DNA from: Chloroflexota bacterium
Lineage (GTDB): Bacteria; Chloroflexota; UBA11872; VXOZ01
Direction: 5' to 3'
Length of the DNA stretch: 64,000 nucleotides
Assembly: GCA_965221905.1 (NCBI GenBank)
Contig: OZ244922.1
Coordinates: forward strand, 2,144,001-2,208,000
Positions 19,660 through 29,384 of this stretch are shown here, piece after piece. The position numbers were made by a program, and so were the translations under genes. Under the pieces are notes generated by a model. It had not been told where the DNA came from. It did not search any database and saw only the letters and a program-made list of their open reading frames with translations. How positions within the stretch are numbered: the first letter of the stretch is position 1; each line of letters opens with the position of its first letter.

Positions 19660-22600
19660 GTGGCAAGCCGAAGTCACCTATATTCCTTGGTCCGATTCTG
19701 CCTGGCTGCCATGCTTGCTTGGCTCGCATCCGTTCAGGCCACACGCGCGGACGGCTCCGTCGTCATCAACGAAATCTCACCGGGCGACGTCGCTGGAACG
19801 TCCAGTTGGATTGAGCTGCACAATACTAGCGACTCTGAGACCGCTGAAATGGGCTTTTGGCGGCTTGACGCTGAGAGTGAATCTGCCGAGAACTCCCACT
19901 ACATCTCACTCGACGCTGCCATTCCTCCGGGCGGATACCTCGTATTTGAGCGCACCACGACGCAGCTGACAATTGCCCGAAGCGGCACTATTCGCCTCTT
20001 GGATCTCGACGAGACTGTAGTGGATCAGACCGACTATACGGTTACTGAAGGCGGTGTAGCAATTGCACGGATTCCGGATGGCTCGTCTAACTGGGTGGTT
20101 GTTTCAAAATCGACTAAGGGATCATCGAACGCAGTTTCTACACCAACACCGACCCCGACACCCACACCATCGCCTACGCCGTTGCCTACGCCGTTGCCTA
20201 CACCCACTCAAACGCCTACACCGACCCCAACACCCACACCATTGCCAACACCCATACCATCTCCTACGCCCACACCTACACCGTCGCCTACGCCGACCCC
20301 GACACCGTCGCCCACACCCACACCATCGCCAACACCCATACCATCTCCTACGCCGACCCCGACACTGTCGCCTACACCCACACCATCTCCTACGCCGACC
20401 CCGACACTGTCGCCTACACCCACACCATCGCCAACATCCATACCATTACCTACACCGTCGCCAACGTCCACACCATCACCTACACCTACACCATCGCCAA
20501 CGCCTACACCTACGCCGTTGCCTACTCCAACCCCTACGCCAACACCCACACCGACACCAATGCCGCTTCCCACACCCAACAGTTCAATCGTCATCAACGA
20601 AATCTTTTCTCTGCATGCCAGGCAGGTCCAAGCCGAAGCTCTTCTCAACCGCGGTCTTGCCCGATTTGCTTTCAATTCAATTGGGAAGCAAGTCAATGAA
20701 TCACAGGGCTGGGTCGAGTTCTATAACAATGGATCTTCTACCGTGGACGTGAGCCAATGGTTCCTGGATATCGGTGAAGACACCGGCGACAGGCCTTACC
20801 AAATTCCGATCGGCACCAAAATCGCACCTGGCGCATTCTTGGTCTTTAAGGAAGCAACGACTATATTTCGCATATTTCAGCGGGGCAGAATTCGTCTCCT
20901 TGATCTCTACGGCACAATTGTCGATGAGCACGACTATGACACCAATGGGGCCACGGGAATTGCGCGAATGCCGGATGGTGCGGATAGCTGGGTAGTCGCA
21001 TCGGCGCCGACTAAGGGAGAGCCAAACATTGTGCCATCCCCCACTCCATCGCCAACACCAACCCCGACACCCTTGCCGACACCGAGGCCTGCCCCCAAGC
21101 CGCCCCCACCCACTCCGTCGCCACATCCGACACCGCCTCTGCCGCTGTCGCTTCGCATAACGGAGGTCTACTACGATGGGCAAGTCTCTCGGACAGAGGG
21201 CGATGAATTCATCGAGATCCAGAACCAAGGTACTGCCTTGGCGCATCTGGCTCAAGTGCGCGTCTTGGTGAAGAGCGAGCAGGCCGATAGTCCCGTTGTT
21301 TACGGCTTCTACGCCGACAATGTGCTCTCGCCGGGAGACATCTTTGTTATTGCAAAGAATGCCCGTCAATTCGAGGAGCAATTCGGCTTTCGCCCAAGTT
21401 TTGAAGCCCGTTTCTCGGGAACCGGCTATGAAGATACGGAAAACGTGCGCAACATGCTCCATGAGCGTGAATCGTCGCGGCGCACGTGGGCATTGGCCAA
21501 TACAGGCGCTGTTGTAGCCTTGATCGGCGATCACGGTACGGTCATCGATGCCGTAGCTTACGGCCATGATCCCGGCGGGTACCTTGGTCTACAGGGCGAC
21601 TATCCATCCGCGTCCGGCGGTCAGTCACTCCTGCGTGTGTCTACTGTGGGCGTGAGCGGACGCATGCCATCGGCCTTACGGGCAGATACACCTTCACCGG
21701 GCATCGTCCCGCCATCTCCCACCCCTACTCTTCCCACTCCCACACCGATACCTTTGCCTTTACCGACGCCGAGGCCTGCCCCCAAGCCGCCCCCGCCCAC
21801 TCCGTCGCCACACCCGACACCGCCTCTGCCGCAGTCTCTGCGCATAACGGAAATCTACTACGATGGGCAGGTCCCTCGGACAGAGGGTGATGAGTTCATC
21901 GAGATCCAGAACCAAGGTACGACTTTAGCGTACCTGGCTCGAGTGCGCGTTTTGGTGAAGAGCGGGCAAGCCGATAGTCCCGTTGTTTACGGCTTCTACG
22001 CCGACAATGTGCTCTCGCCGGGAGACATCTTTGTTATTGCAAAGAATGCCCGTCAATTCGAGGAAAAATTCGGCTTTCGACCGAGTTTTGAAGCCCGTTT
22101 TTCGGGAACCGGCTATGAAGATACGGAAAACGTGCGAAACATGCTCCATGAGCGGGATACGTCGCGGCGCACGTGGGCATTGGCCAATACGGGCGCCGTA
22201 GTGGCCTTGATCGGCGATCACGGTACGGTCATCGATGCCGTTGCTTACGGCCATGATCCCGGCGGGTACTTTGGTCTACAGGGCGACTATCCATCCGCGT
22301 CCGGCGGTCAATCACTCCTGCGTGTGTCTACCGTGGGCGTGAGCGGGCGCATGCCGTCGGCTTTACGCGCAGATACACCTTCACCGGGCATCGTCCCGCC
22401 ATCTCCCACCCCTACTCTTCCCCCGCCCACACCGATACCCTTGCCTTTACCGACGCCCATTACGCCCACGCCTTCACCGACGCCTTCGCCAACACCGACG
22501 CCAGTTCCCCCTTCGCCTACTCCGACGCCTTTGCCTACTTCGACGCCTTCGCCAACACCGGCGCCTATTCCTCCCACACCATCACCGACGCCTTCGCCAA

Positions 22601-23289
22601 CGCCCATTCCTCCCACTCCAACGGCAACAGTCCTGCAGTGCCTGACAGAATTTCCGAGTCAGGAGCCGACGCGGCTGGTGCGCGTGGTTGGCACTGTGAC
22701 GGAGATCCGTGAAATGCCGCAAGAAATTCGCGTCTACCTTGCCGACGATTGCGGTGGCGCCGTTTTGCATTTGGCGGTAGATGCTTCGGCTCCTCCGGTC
22801 GGCAGCCAAATCCGGGTTACTGCCCTAGGCTCACTAAGGAATTTGCAGATCGATCTCTATGTTGCGCCTGAAACCAGACTTGAGTTCCTGCCGGGGACGT
22901 CTCAACCACAGGCAATCCCCTTCATGCAGGCAATGCTCCAACGTGCGCTAACCGGGACGCGGGTTCGGTCGGCGGGCAACATCACGCAAACTACTGACAT
23001 CACAGTGGATGAGATCTATGATTCTGTTGCCAGCTATGTCAGGCTTGACCCTCACGCGCAAGCAGTCCCAATTGGCCCTGTGGTTTTCTACGGCATCCTT
23101 GAATGGCGCGAAACGGTGCCATTGCTCCGCGTACACTACGTCGTTCCCGCGAAAGCACGCATATCTACGCTCTGGGAGAGTTTTCAGGACTGGCGAGTGA
23201 CACGCATCGCCGCGCAGTACGTGCGTGACACCGTCAACGCTCTAATCATGCGATCACTTACCCGCGGCAGAAGCACCTCTTTGCCATGA
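19660..23289 (+). CDS. Secreted lamin-tail-domain (LTD) protein, four LTDs with Pro/Thr linkers and a C-terminal OB-fold-like region
   Basis: Signal peptide ending ...VQATRA; VVINEI..WIELHN, IVINEI..WVEFYN and two LRITE(V/I)[12 protein letters not shown] domains; PTPTP tracts. Confidence 0.8.
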   Translation: MASRSHLYSLVRFCLAAMLAWLASVQATRADGSVVINEISPGDVAGTSSWIELHNTSDSETAEMGFWRLDAESESAENSHYISLDAAIPPGGYLVFERTTTQLTIARSGTIRLLDLDETVVDQTDYTVTEGGVAIARIPDGSSNWVVVSKSTKGSSNAVSTPTPTPTPTPSPTPLPTPLPTPTQTPTPTPTPTPLPTPIPSPTPTPTPSPTPTPTPSPTPTPSPTPIPSPTPTPTLSPTPTPSPTPTPTLSPTPTPSPTSIPLPTPSPTSTPSPTPTPSPTPTPTPLPTPTPTPTPTPTPMPLPTPNSSIVINEIFSLHARQVQAEALLNRGLARFAFNSIGKQVNESQGWVEFYNNGSSTVDVSQWFLDIGEDTGDRPYQIPIGTKIAPGAFLVFKEATTIFRIFQRGRIRLLDLYGTIVDEHDYDTNGATGIARMPDGADSWVVASAPTKGEPNIVPSPTPSPTPTPTPLPTPRPAPKPPPPTPSPHPTPPLPLSLRITEVYYDGQVSRTEGDEFIEIQNQGTALAHLAQVRVLVKSEQADSPVVYGFYADNVLSPGDIFVIAKNARQFEEQFGFRPSFEARFSGTGYEDTENVRNMLHERESSRRTWALANTGAVVALIGDHGTVIDAVAYGHDPGGYLGLQGDYPSASGGQSLLRVSTVGVSGRMPSALRADTPSPGIVPPSPTPTLPTPTPIPLPLPTPRPAPKPPPPTPSPHPTPPLPQSLRITEIYYDGQVPRTEGDEFIEIQNQGTTLAYLARVRVLVKSGQADSPVVYGFYADNVLSPGDIFVIAKNARQFEEKFGFRPSFEARFSGTGYEDTENVRNMLHERDTSRRTWALANTGAVVALIGDHGTVIDAVAYGHDPGGYFGLQGDYPSASGGQSLLRVSTVGVSGRMPSALRADTPSPGIVPPSPTPTLPPPTPIPLPLPTPITPTPSPTPSPTPTPVPPSPTPTPLPTSTPSPTPAPIPPTPSPTPSPTPIPPTPTATVLQCLTEFPSQEPTRLVRVVGTVTEIREMPQEIRVYLADDCGGAVLHLAVDASAPPVGSQIRVTALGSLRNLQIDLYVAPETRLEFLPGTSQPQAIPFMQAMLQRALTGTRVRSAGNITQTTDITVDEIYDSVASYVRLDPHAQAVPIGPVVFYGILEWRETVPLLRVHYVVPAKARISTLWESFQDWRVTRIAAQYVRDTVNALIMRSLTRGRSTSLP
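20140..20580 (+). repeat. Pro-Thr(-Ser) low-complexity coding repeat
   Basis: About 145 codons of PTPTPSP-type units. Confidence 0.9.
21075..22457 (+). repeat. Near-identical tandem internal duplication, period 687 bp (229 aa)
   Basis: GAGGCCTGCCCCCAAGCCG occurs at 21084 and 21771; the downstream LTD sequences differ only by scattered substitutions. Confidence 0.92.
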
Positions 23290-23547
23290 AGAGCGAAGCT
23301 CACACCATTAACTCCACGTGAGGGCTCTGTCTGGGAAACGCGCACCCACGGCATGCCTGGCGCAGCCTGGCCAGGCGGCCATATGTGTCTAAGAGGAAGT
23401 GGGGACACGACCGGCAACTCTGCCGCTAGAGTTTTGTTCGCTCGTCGCTAGATTCGTACGAAGCCAGCAACCAACGTCTGTCGGGATCTACCGCATAGGA
23501 ATGCAAGCGATAGCGGACGACAGGGGAGCGCACGATTGGCGAGTTCT

Positions 23548-24300
23548 CTAGCTGGTGGGGGCGAGGAGGCGCTTTGCGTTCAAATGTGCAATAGCCTCCT
23601 TGTCAGCACAGGAAATCTTCGCCTTTTCCAGCTTGGCAATGCCGCACGCAGGATACTGAATCGGAACACCGACGCCGAGCAACACCCGTTGCGCATCAGC
23701 CGCTGAGACCAATTGCGCAATGGCGCCGAGGCCCTGGAGGCATGAGGTCTCCAGCCAGAGATTTGGATTGGCGTTCTGCAGACGAATGCCATTCCAAGAC
23801 TCTTCGCCATAGTTCAGTCCATGGAGCACGAATTGTACACCCGGGTATTGGGCAAAGAGGTATTCGTAGGCACCAATGGAAGCAACCGGGAACGACCAAT
23901 CCATGATGGCACGCACTACCAGTGTAACGATCAATCCACTAGCTTCGGCCGCGGCGCACAACGGCTCAAGCTGCTGCGGCAAGGTGTTGGAATGCATGCT
24001 GGGATAGCAGCGCACGCCTCTTGCGCCGCTGTCCGCATAATTGCTCAACAGGTCGGTATTGCCGGGCTGTGTACTGTCTATCGTTACAAATGGAATGAGT
24101 CGGCCGTTGGATGCTGCAGCCGCTTGGAGGATTTCATCATTTCCAAGACGCCAATCGGATTGCAGAGCCCTGGTCGAGCCCACTACCGCGCATTCAATGC
24201 CATGCGAGTCCATGAGCGCGATTACATCAGCCGCGGTACGCTCCTTGAGAGGCCAATATCCCCAAGCACCGACGAACCCGGACACGTCCCAAACTGTCAT
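23548..24300 (-). CDS. Amidohydrolase_2 family protein lacking the canonical HxH motif
   Basis: D..G..G.WP N-terminus, GNDE, GARGVRCYP, LWLETS, RVLLG. Confidence 0.7.
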   Translation of the reverse strand: MTVWDVSGFVGAWGYWPLKERTAADVIALMDSHGIECAVVGSTRALQSDWRLGNDEILQAAAASNGRLIPFVTIDSTQPGNTDLLSNYADSGARGVRCYPSMHSNTLPQQLEPLCAAAEASGLIVTLVVRAIMDWSFPVASIGAYEYLFAQYPGVQFVLHGLNYGEESWNGIRLQNANPNLWLETSCLQGLGAIAQLVSAADAQRVLLGVGVPIQYPACGIAKLEKAKISCADKEAIAHLNAKRLLAPTS

Positions 24301-24324
24301 TGTGCTATCCGTCCCCTCTTGCCG

Positions 24325-25062
24325 CTATGCTTTGAGCGCCAACATACGCGCCATATTGCCGCCAAATATCAAGTCTTTGTCGTGCTGGCTAATGGCGGCC
24401 CCGCTGACACGCGCCATCTGCACGCTTACCTCTAGCAGCGGCATGTCTGTACCGAAGATAACGCGCTCCGGGCCGATGCGTTCTATTGTGTACTCTAACG
24501 AGCCGTTGTTGACCGCGCTGCTTGCGGTTTCCAGCAAGAGTGAAGGATTGCGTTCCGCAGCCTGCACCGCGCGCATCCAGTCGCCCCTCGCCAGCGCCGT
24601 GTTGCCTGAGTGCGCCATCATGAGGAATGCCTCCGGCACCCGCGAGGCCATTACCTCGCACTCTTCGGCCGTGGAGTGCGCCAGAATCGGCATGCGATGC
24701 GAGGCCGCCCGTTCCAGCACAGGAAAGACCGAAGGGCGCACCAAGGGAATCATCGGATATGAGTAGATCTTGATTCCCCGCATGCCATACTCGTGCACAC
24801 AGCGGTCGATTTCCTCCAGCGCGCCATTGTCGAAGTTCATCGTTGGAATGCTGACGTAACCCAGAATTCTGTCCGGGTGCTGACGCACCGCTTTGCCCAA
24901 GGCGTCATTCCCTTCGCGCATGTCGTGTACGAGCGCCGTAAAGTCGGTCACGAAGAGCTTGTCGATGCCGTTCTCATCCGCGAGCCGGAGCAGATCATCT
25001 ACATTCGCGCTAAAGTTATACGCAGTGGAGACCCCAACGTGCACGTGTGCATCAATTATCAT
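24325..25062 (-). CDS. Amidohydrolase_2 family metallohydrolase
   Basis: IDAHVH, GIKI, LAH, MAHSG, FGTDMP. Confidence 0.85.
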   Translation of the reverse strand: MIIDAHVHVGVSTAYNFSANVDDLLRLADENGIDKLFVTDFTALVHDMREGNDALGKAVRQHPDRILGYVSIPTMNFDNGALEEIDRCVHEYGMRGIKIYSYPMIPLVRPSVFPVLERAASHRMPILAHSTAEECEVMASRVPEAFLMMAHSGNTALARGDWMRAVQAAERNPSLLLETASSAVNNGSLEYTIERIGPERVIFGTDMPLLEVSVQMARVSGAAISQHDKDLIFGGNMARMLALKA

Positions 25063-25247
25063 TGCATTCTTCTCCTTGTGGGAATAGGCTAGCAGAGCTT
25101 ATTCCGCAGCGCAAGAATCCCTGCCCGGCTGGTTCCGGTATACTGTATTGCGGGTCTTGCAGGCGACAAGCACGCAGATCTATCCAAAATCGTTGGCTGC
25201 AAGATCATCGAATAGTATATCGTGCATAACAAAGGTGAAAGAAAGCC

Positions 25248-26066
25248 ATGAAGAAAGCAGTCTGCGGCAACTGCTTCGGAAGAGACATTCCCCTTGTCGA
25301 TGCGATGAGTATGGCAAAGGCAGCAGGATTTGAGGGCATCGAACCGAGCCTTACGATGGACGGGCCGATATCCACGGATTCATCGGAGGATGACCTAAAG
25401 CGAATTCGCGATCATGCGGAGCAAACGGTCGAAATCCATGGACTCATGGGAGGGCAACCGATTCGCAGCGCGCCGCTGACCACAATAGACAAGGACCAAA
25501 TCAGGCAAGGCGTTGAAAACATCGCGAAGACCCTGCGGGTGGTAAAGATTCTTGGCGGCACCAGCCTCTTGGTTGTACCTGGTACCGTGAGTAAGGACGT
25601 ACGCTACGACATCGCGTACGAAGGCACGTTGGAAGGATTGAAGCAAGTTGCGCCCATCGCCGAGGATTTGCAGATTTCGGTTGCGGTAGAGAACGTCTGG
25701 AATAAGTTTCTGCTGTCGCCTCTGGAGATGCGTAACTTGATCGACGAGGTGAACAGCCCGTACGTGGGCTGCTATTTTGACGTAGGGAATTTCCTGGGGT
25801 GGGCCATCCCGCAGCATTGGATCGAAATCTTGGCCCATCGCATTAAGAAGGTACATGTGAAAGACTTCAAGGTTGACGTTGGCAACCGGCACGGTTTCGT
25901 GACGCTCTTGCAAGGGGACGTTGACTGGAAGGCAGTGCGACATTCACTCCGCGCCATAGGGTATAATAGTTATCTGTCCGCCGAGATACCGCTTCATGAC
26001 ACGTTCCCCGAGAAAAGTCTTCTTGACATTAGTACCAGCCTAGATACTATCATTGCCAGCGCGTAG
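25248..26066 (+). CDS. Sugar phosphate isomerase/epimerase (hexulose-phosphate epimerase-like)
   Basis: GFEGIE, ENVWNKFLLSPLEM, FDVGN, HVKDF, GDVDW. Confidence 0.85.
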   Translation: MKKAVCGNCFGRDIPLVDAMSMAKAAGFEGIEPSLTMDGPISTDSSEDDLKRIRDHAEQTVEIHGLMGGQPIRSAPLTTIDKDQIRQGVENIAKTLRVVKILGGTSLLVVPGTVSKDVRYDIAYEGTLEGLKQVAPIAEDLQISVAVENVWNKFLLSPLEMRNLIDEVNSPYVGCYFDVGNFLGWAIPQHWIEILAHRIKKVHVKDFKVDVGNRHGFVTLLQGDVDWKAVRHSLRAIGYNSYLSAEIPLHDTFPEKSLLDISTSLDTIIASA

Positions 26067-26108
26067 ACTTCGCTAGCGCGTAGACTTCGCTAGCGCACAG
26101 ACTTCCGC
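26058..26108 (+). repeat. 17-bp tandem repeat (two exact copies, one degenerate) spanning the stop codon
   Basis: AGCGCGTAGACTTCGCT at 26058 and 26075; AGCGCACAGACTTCCGC at 26092. Confidence 0.85.
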
Positions 26109-26306
26109 AGGTCATTCAGTCTCTCGATTTGCAAGGCACAGTATTGTTGTCAGAGTCGCATGCACCGAATGTTCTCGCACATGACTCTGTGCGCAACCTG
26201 ACCTTCAAATCGGAATGTCGCCTCCAGGGTACGTTGTTAGGGGCGCGAACGTATCCTGGTGGGCGGCATTGATCTAAGACTGCTCTGAGAAGACCGAGTT
26301 CAATGG

Positions 26307-26672
26307 CTATTGCGCCCGGATGATCTTGCCATCCGGGTCAAGTTCCACTATTCGAAATGCCCTACCCGCGCGATAAGACTGGCATTGATTCTCGGGCACA
26401 TCGTCCACCGGCTGACGCGGCGTATGCACGATGTCGGCTACCCACCCATCCATCAGGTTTTCCGTGAGGCAAGGGCCGGCGGAAAAGTCTACCCCATCCG
26501 CCTTCTTCTGCGCGTAAAGCGCTTGAGCAAGGACAATGGCGCGCTCACGCTCTTCTACTAAGTCCTCACCCGAGCTTGCAAGACGCACCAGCACAAAGAC
26601 AAAAAGCAATACGAGCGCAAACGCAATGATAAGTGGCAGTATGCGGTAACGAAAAACGTCACTTACCCGCAT
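26307..26672 (-). CDS. Small single-TM exported protein with two Cys (GPCL...NQC)
   Basis: N-terminal hydrophobic helix, globular C-terminus; overlaps the sulfatase stop by 14 bp. Confidence 0.75.
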   Translation of the reverse strand: MRVSDVFRYRILPLIIAFALVLLFVFVLVRLASSGEDLVEERERAIVLAQALYAQKKADGVDFSAGPCLTENLMDGWVADIVHTPRQPVDDVPENQCQSYRAGRAFRIVELDPDGKIIRAQ

Positions 26673-28215
26673 CGGACCCGCCCACGAATTGGTAGTTCTT
26701 CAGTTGTTCGCGCTGCCGCCCGTCAACGGGGTAATGCTCGGTCCATTGCGCAAATTGCCAGCCCCTGCCCACGGTTTCCTTATTCTCCACTTCGTCGAGG
26801 CGCAACCAGGCGTGGGTTGGCTGGGGATACAGCGCCCATTCATCACCGTCCAGCGGATCTGAGTAGCAGGCGGCTTGGAAATGCGCGAACAGTGCATCTA
26901 TGAGCGTCTGCTTCACGTCAGAAAGCCCTGGTTCGTGGGCATAGTTCACGAGTTCGTTGCCGCCATCGCGGTAGTTGAGCAAAATCTCCATGCGGTCCGG
27001 GGCGCTGTAGATGTATTTCCACTCTTCATTCATCGCGCAGTACATGCCTAGTTGCTTCTCTCTGATCTGACCGAAGAGATAGGGTCTGTCAAACGCTCCA
27101 CCATCGCGGGCCGCGGTCAGGAGCGACTCGCCGTCGCATTCAGGCTGCCGGTGTTCCACGCCCGCGGCGGAAAGCATAGTCGGCGCGACGTCCTGCAAAC
27201 CCACCAAATGCTCCCGTACTACGCCTTCCGGCAGCGTGCCCGGCCACGAAAGAATGTACGGAATGTGACACGCCGGCTCGTGATAGTTGCGCTTGCCGAA
27301 TGCATGGTGATCGCCAAGAAACTCGCCATGGTCGGCCACGAACATGATCAAGGTGTTTTCCCGCTGTTTGGAGGCATCCAACGCTGCAAGAATCTCGCCG
27401 ACCCAGCTATCAACGAACGAAACGCACGAATAATAATATGCCTTCATTGTGCGCAGCAAGTTATCATCCGGAAAGAGATCCATCCACTTGCTGCGATTCT
27501 GATTCCGCTGATACCACGTGTGCCACCCGATCTCGGCTTCACTCCGCACCGGTAGGGGCATGTCGGTGCTGCGGTATAGTCTATGCCAGGGCGACGGAGG
27601 GTCGAACGGAGGATGCGGCTTTATGAATGAGGTCCAACAGAAGAACGGCGCATTCTCATGAGCACGCTCTTCAATAAAGTCAACGGTTCGTTGTGCCGTC
27701 CAGGCTGTCGTATGCAGGCGCTCGGGTAACTGTGAAACCTGCGGAATGTAATAGAGTTCGTGCCTAATGCCGTGCGGTTCTTCCACGTGGCCGTATCCGG
27801 CTGCCAACACGTGCTGCAGGAACTCGTCATTTTCCACACTGCGGGGGACTTCCTCGCTCAGCCACATGCGATCGAAGCCGTGGTGCTCACGTACGGGAGA
27901 AAAGTGCATTTTGCCGATGGCCTGCGTAAAGTACCCCGCCGCACGCAGCCGCGTCATCAACGTGGGGTGATCTGCGGGAAGCGGGTAGCCGTTGTCAAAG
28001 ATGCCCGTGCGCAGAGGAAGCTGTCCCGTCATGCAAATCGCACGTGCCGAGACGCAGACCGGCGATTCTGTGTAGCCGGAGGCGAAGCGCACGCCCTCCG
28101 CGCAAAGACGGTCGAGATTTGGAGTTTGGATCAACTCATTGCCGGCAGCGTGCAGCGCGTCAAATCGCAACTGGTCGCACATAATTAGGAGCAAATTCGG
28201 TTGAGCGCGGCGCAT
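26659..28215 (-). CDS. Sulfatase family hydrolase (choline-sulfatase/S1-like)
   Basis: PNLLLIMCDQLR, PVCVSAR, GKMH, KPHPPF, ADHGE; SD AGGAG. Confidence 0.9.
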   Translation of the reverse strand: MRRAQPNLLLIMCDQLRFDALHAAGNELIQTPNLDRLCAEGVRFASGYTESPVCVSARAICMTGQLPLRTGIFDNGYPLPADHPTLMTRLRAAGYFTQAIGKMHFSPVREHHGFDRMWLSEEVPRSVENDEFLQHVLAAGYGHVEEPHGIRHELYYIPQVSQLPERLHTTAWTAQRTVDFIEERAHENAPFFCWTSFIKPHPPFDPPSPWHRLYRSTDMPLPVRSEAEIGWHTWYQRNQNRSKWMDLFPDDNLLRTMKAYYYSCVSFVDSWVGEILAALDASKQRENTLIMFVADHGEFLGDHHAFGKRNYHEPACHIPYILSWPGTLPEGVVREHLVGLQDVAPTMLSAAGVEHRQPECDGESLLTAARDGGAFDRPYLFGQIREKQLGMYCAMNEEWKYIYSAPDRMEILLNYRDGGNELVNYAHEPGLSDVKQTLIDALFAHFQAACYSDPLDGDEWALYPQPTHAWLRLDEVENKETVGRGWQFAQWTEHYPVDGRQREQLKNYQFVGGSDAGK

Positions 28216-28838
28216 AGTCAGGACTCCTCCTTATGTTCCGGTTCCCATTGCACAACTACAGATGACGAGCAAGTTGATTCGGCACGCTCTCGACACTCCC
28301 CTTACCGCCAATTTCGACTTTTGGGGTGATCATCTCCAACAAGAGAATCCAAGGCTGGCAACTGAGTTTTCAAGGAGTTGTCAGGTTTCGTCGGACTGTG
28401 CTAGTTTTCTAGTCGTTGCCTTCTATGCGTGCCTGGAGAGACCGCAAGACGCGGTTGCCGACCACATTGTCAACTATATTCTAACGTGTCTTGCACTTTG
28501 GAACACACCCATGCGCTCTGCAAATCGGTTCATTTGCATCTTGTGCAGCCATCAGTATAATAGACCGAAGTGCGCGCAAATAGGGCGGATTTCCGGTCAC
28601 CAATTTGCATCGCGCAGCCGTTGAGAGTGCAATACCAGCGTTAGAGAATGCACCAATACGTGACAGAGCGAACAAATAAGAATCTACTGCATATTGACCT
28701 CCCTGGCGCCCTGCCAGGGCGTTCACTGTCTATGTTAATTCTTGATGACTTCAGGGCTTCGATGGCTTTTACTATTGGTTCAACGCTCCCGCGGGACACT
28801 AGTCCTGCCGGCGATTTCCGATTTCGAGGAGACTGGGC

Positions 28839-29378
28839 ATGACCTCTCGTGCCATGCGTCTGACGATAGGTGCTCTTGTTGTCGTTATAGGGCTCCTAGT
28901 CATTGGAGGTGTAGCATGGGTGAGCCTGGCCGCTGAAGGCCCGGAGCAGCCCATTGCCTTTATGCACACAGTGCATGTCGAGCAAAACGACATTGACTGC
29001 GTTTTTTGTCACCGTAATGTGGAAACCGGCGCCGAGGCAACAATTCCAGCCGTTGAACAATGCATGCTTTGTCACAGTGTCATAAATGGCGAAAACCCGA
29101 AGGTAACCAACCCCTTGCATATAGCGGAGATTGCTAAGCTGCAAGCTAACTGGGAGAACAGAGAGCCCATCGATTGGGTGCGTGTTCACGTATTGCCGGA
29201 CCACGTGCGTTTCGTGCACGCATCCCATATCAAAGCAGGATTTGAGTGCGCTACGTGCCATGGTGACATCGGCTCGATGGAACGTGTTAAGCAGGTCCGC
29301 TCGCTCAACATGGGCGACTGTTTGGGCTGCCATCGGGAAAACAACGCGCCGACCGACTGCACGATCTGTCACCGTTAG
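28839..29378 (+). CDS. actA: Alternative complex III pentaheme cytochrome c subunit ActA
   Basis: N-terminal TM; QPIAF.H..H; five CxxCH (CVFCH, CMLCH, CATCH, CLGCH, CTICH); LPDHVRF.H; LNMG.C. Confidence 0.88.
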   Translation: MTSRAMRLTIGALVVVIGLLVIGGVAWVSLAAEGPEQPIAFMHTVHVEQNDIDCVFCHRNVETGAEATIPAVEQCMLCHSVINGENPKVTNPLHIAEIAKLQANWENREPIDWVRVHVLPDHVRFVHASHIKAGFECATCHGDIGSMERVKQVRSLNMGDCLGCHRENNAPTDCTICHR

Positions 29379-29384
29379 AGGAGA

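Noticed and set aside
20063-22616. His/Arg-rich and Gly/Val-rich ORFs overlapping the LTD gene
   Set aside because: They are alternative-frame and antisense shadows of the Pro-Thr repeat codons.
23821-24766. Long plus-strand ORFs of 204 and 241 aa
   Set aside because: They are antisense to the amidohydrolases, which have clear family motifs.
26058-26108. Possible mini-CRISPR
   Set aside because: The units are 17 bp and directly adjacent with no spacers, and no cas genes are present.
28262-28726. Short ORFs between the sulfatase and actA
   Set aside because: No SD or recognisable motif; more likely divergent promoter DNA. No convincing Rex or FNR box was found either.
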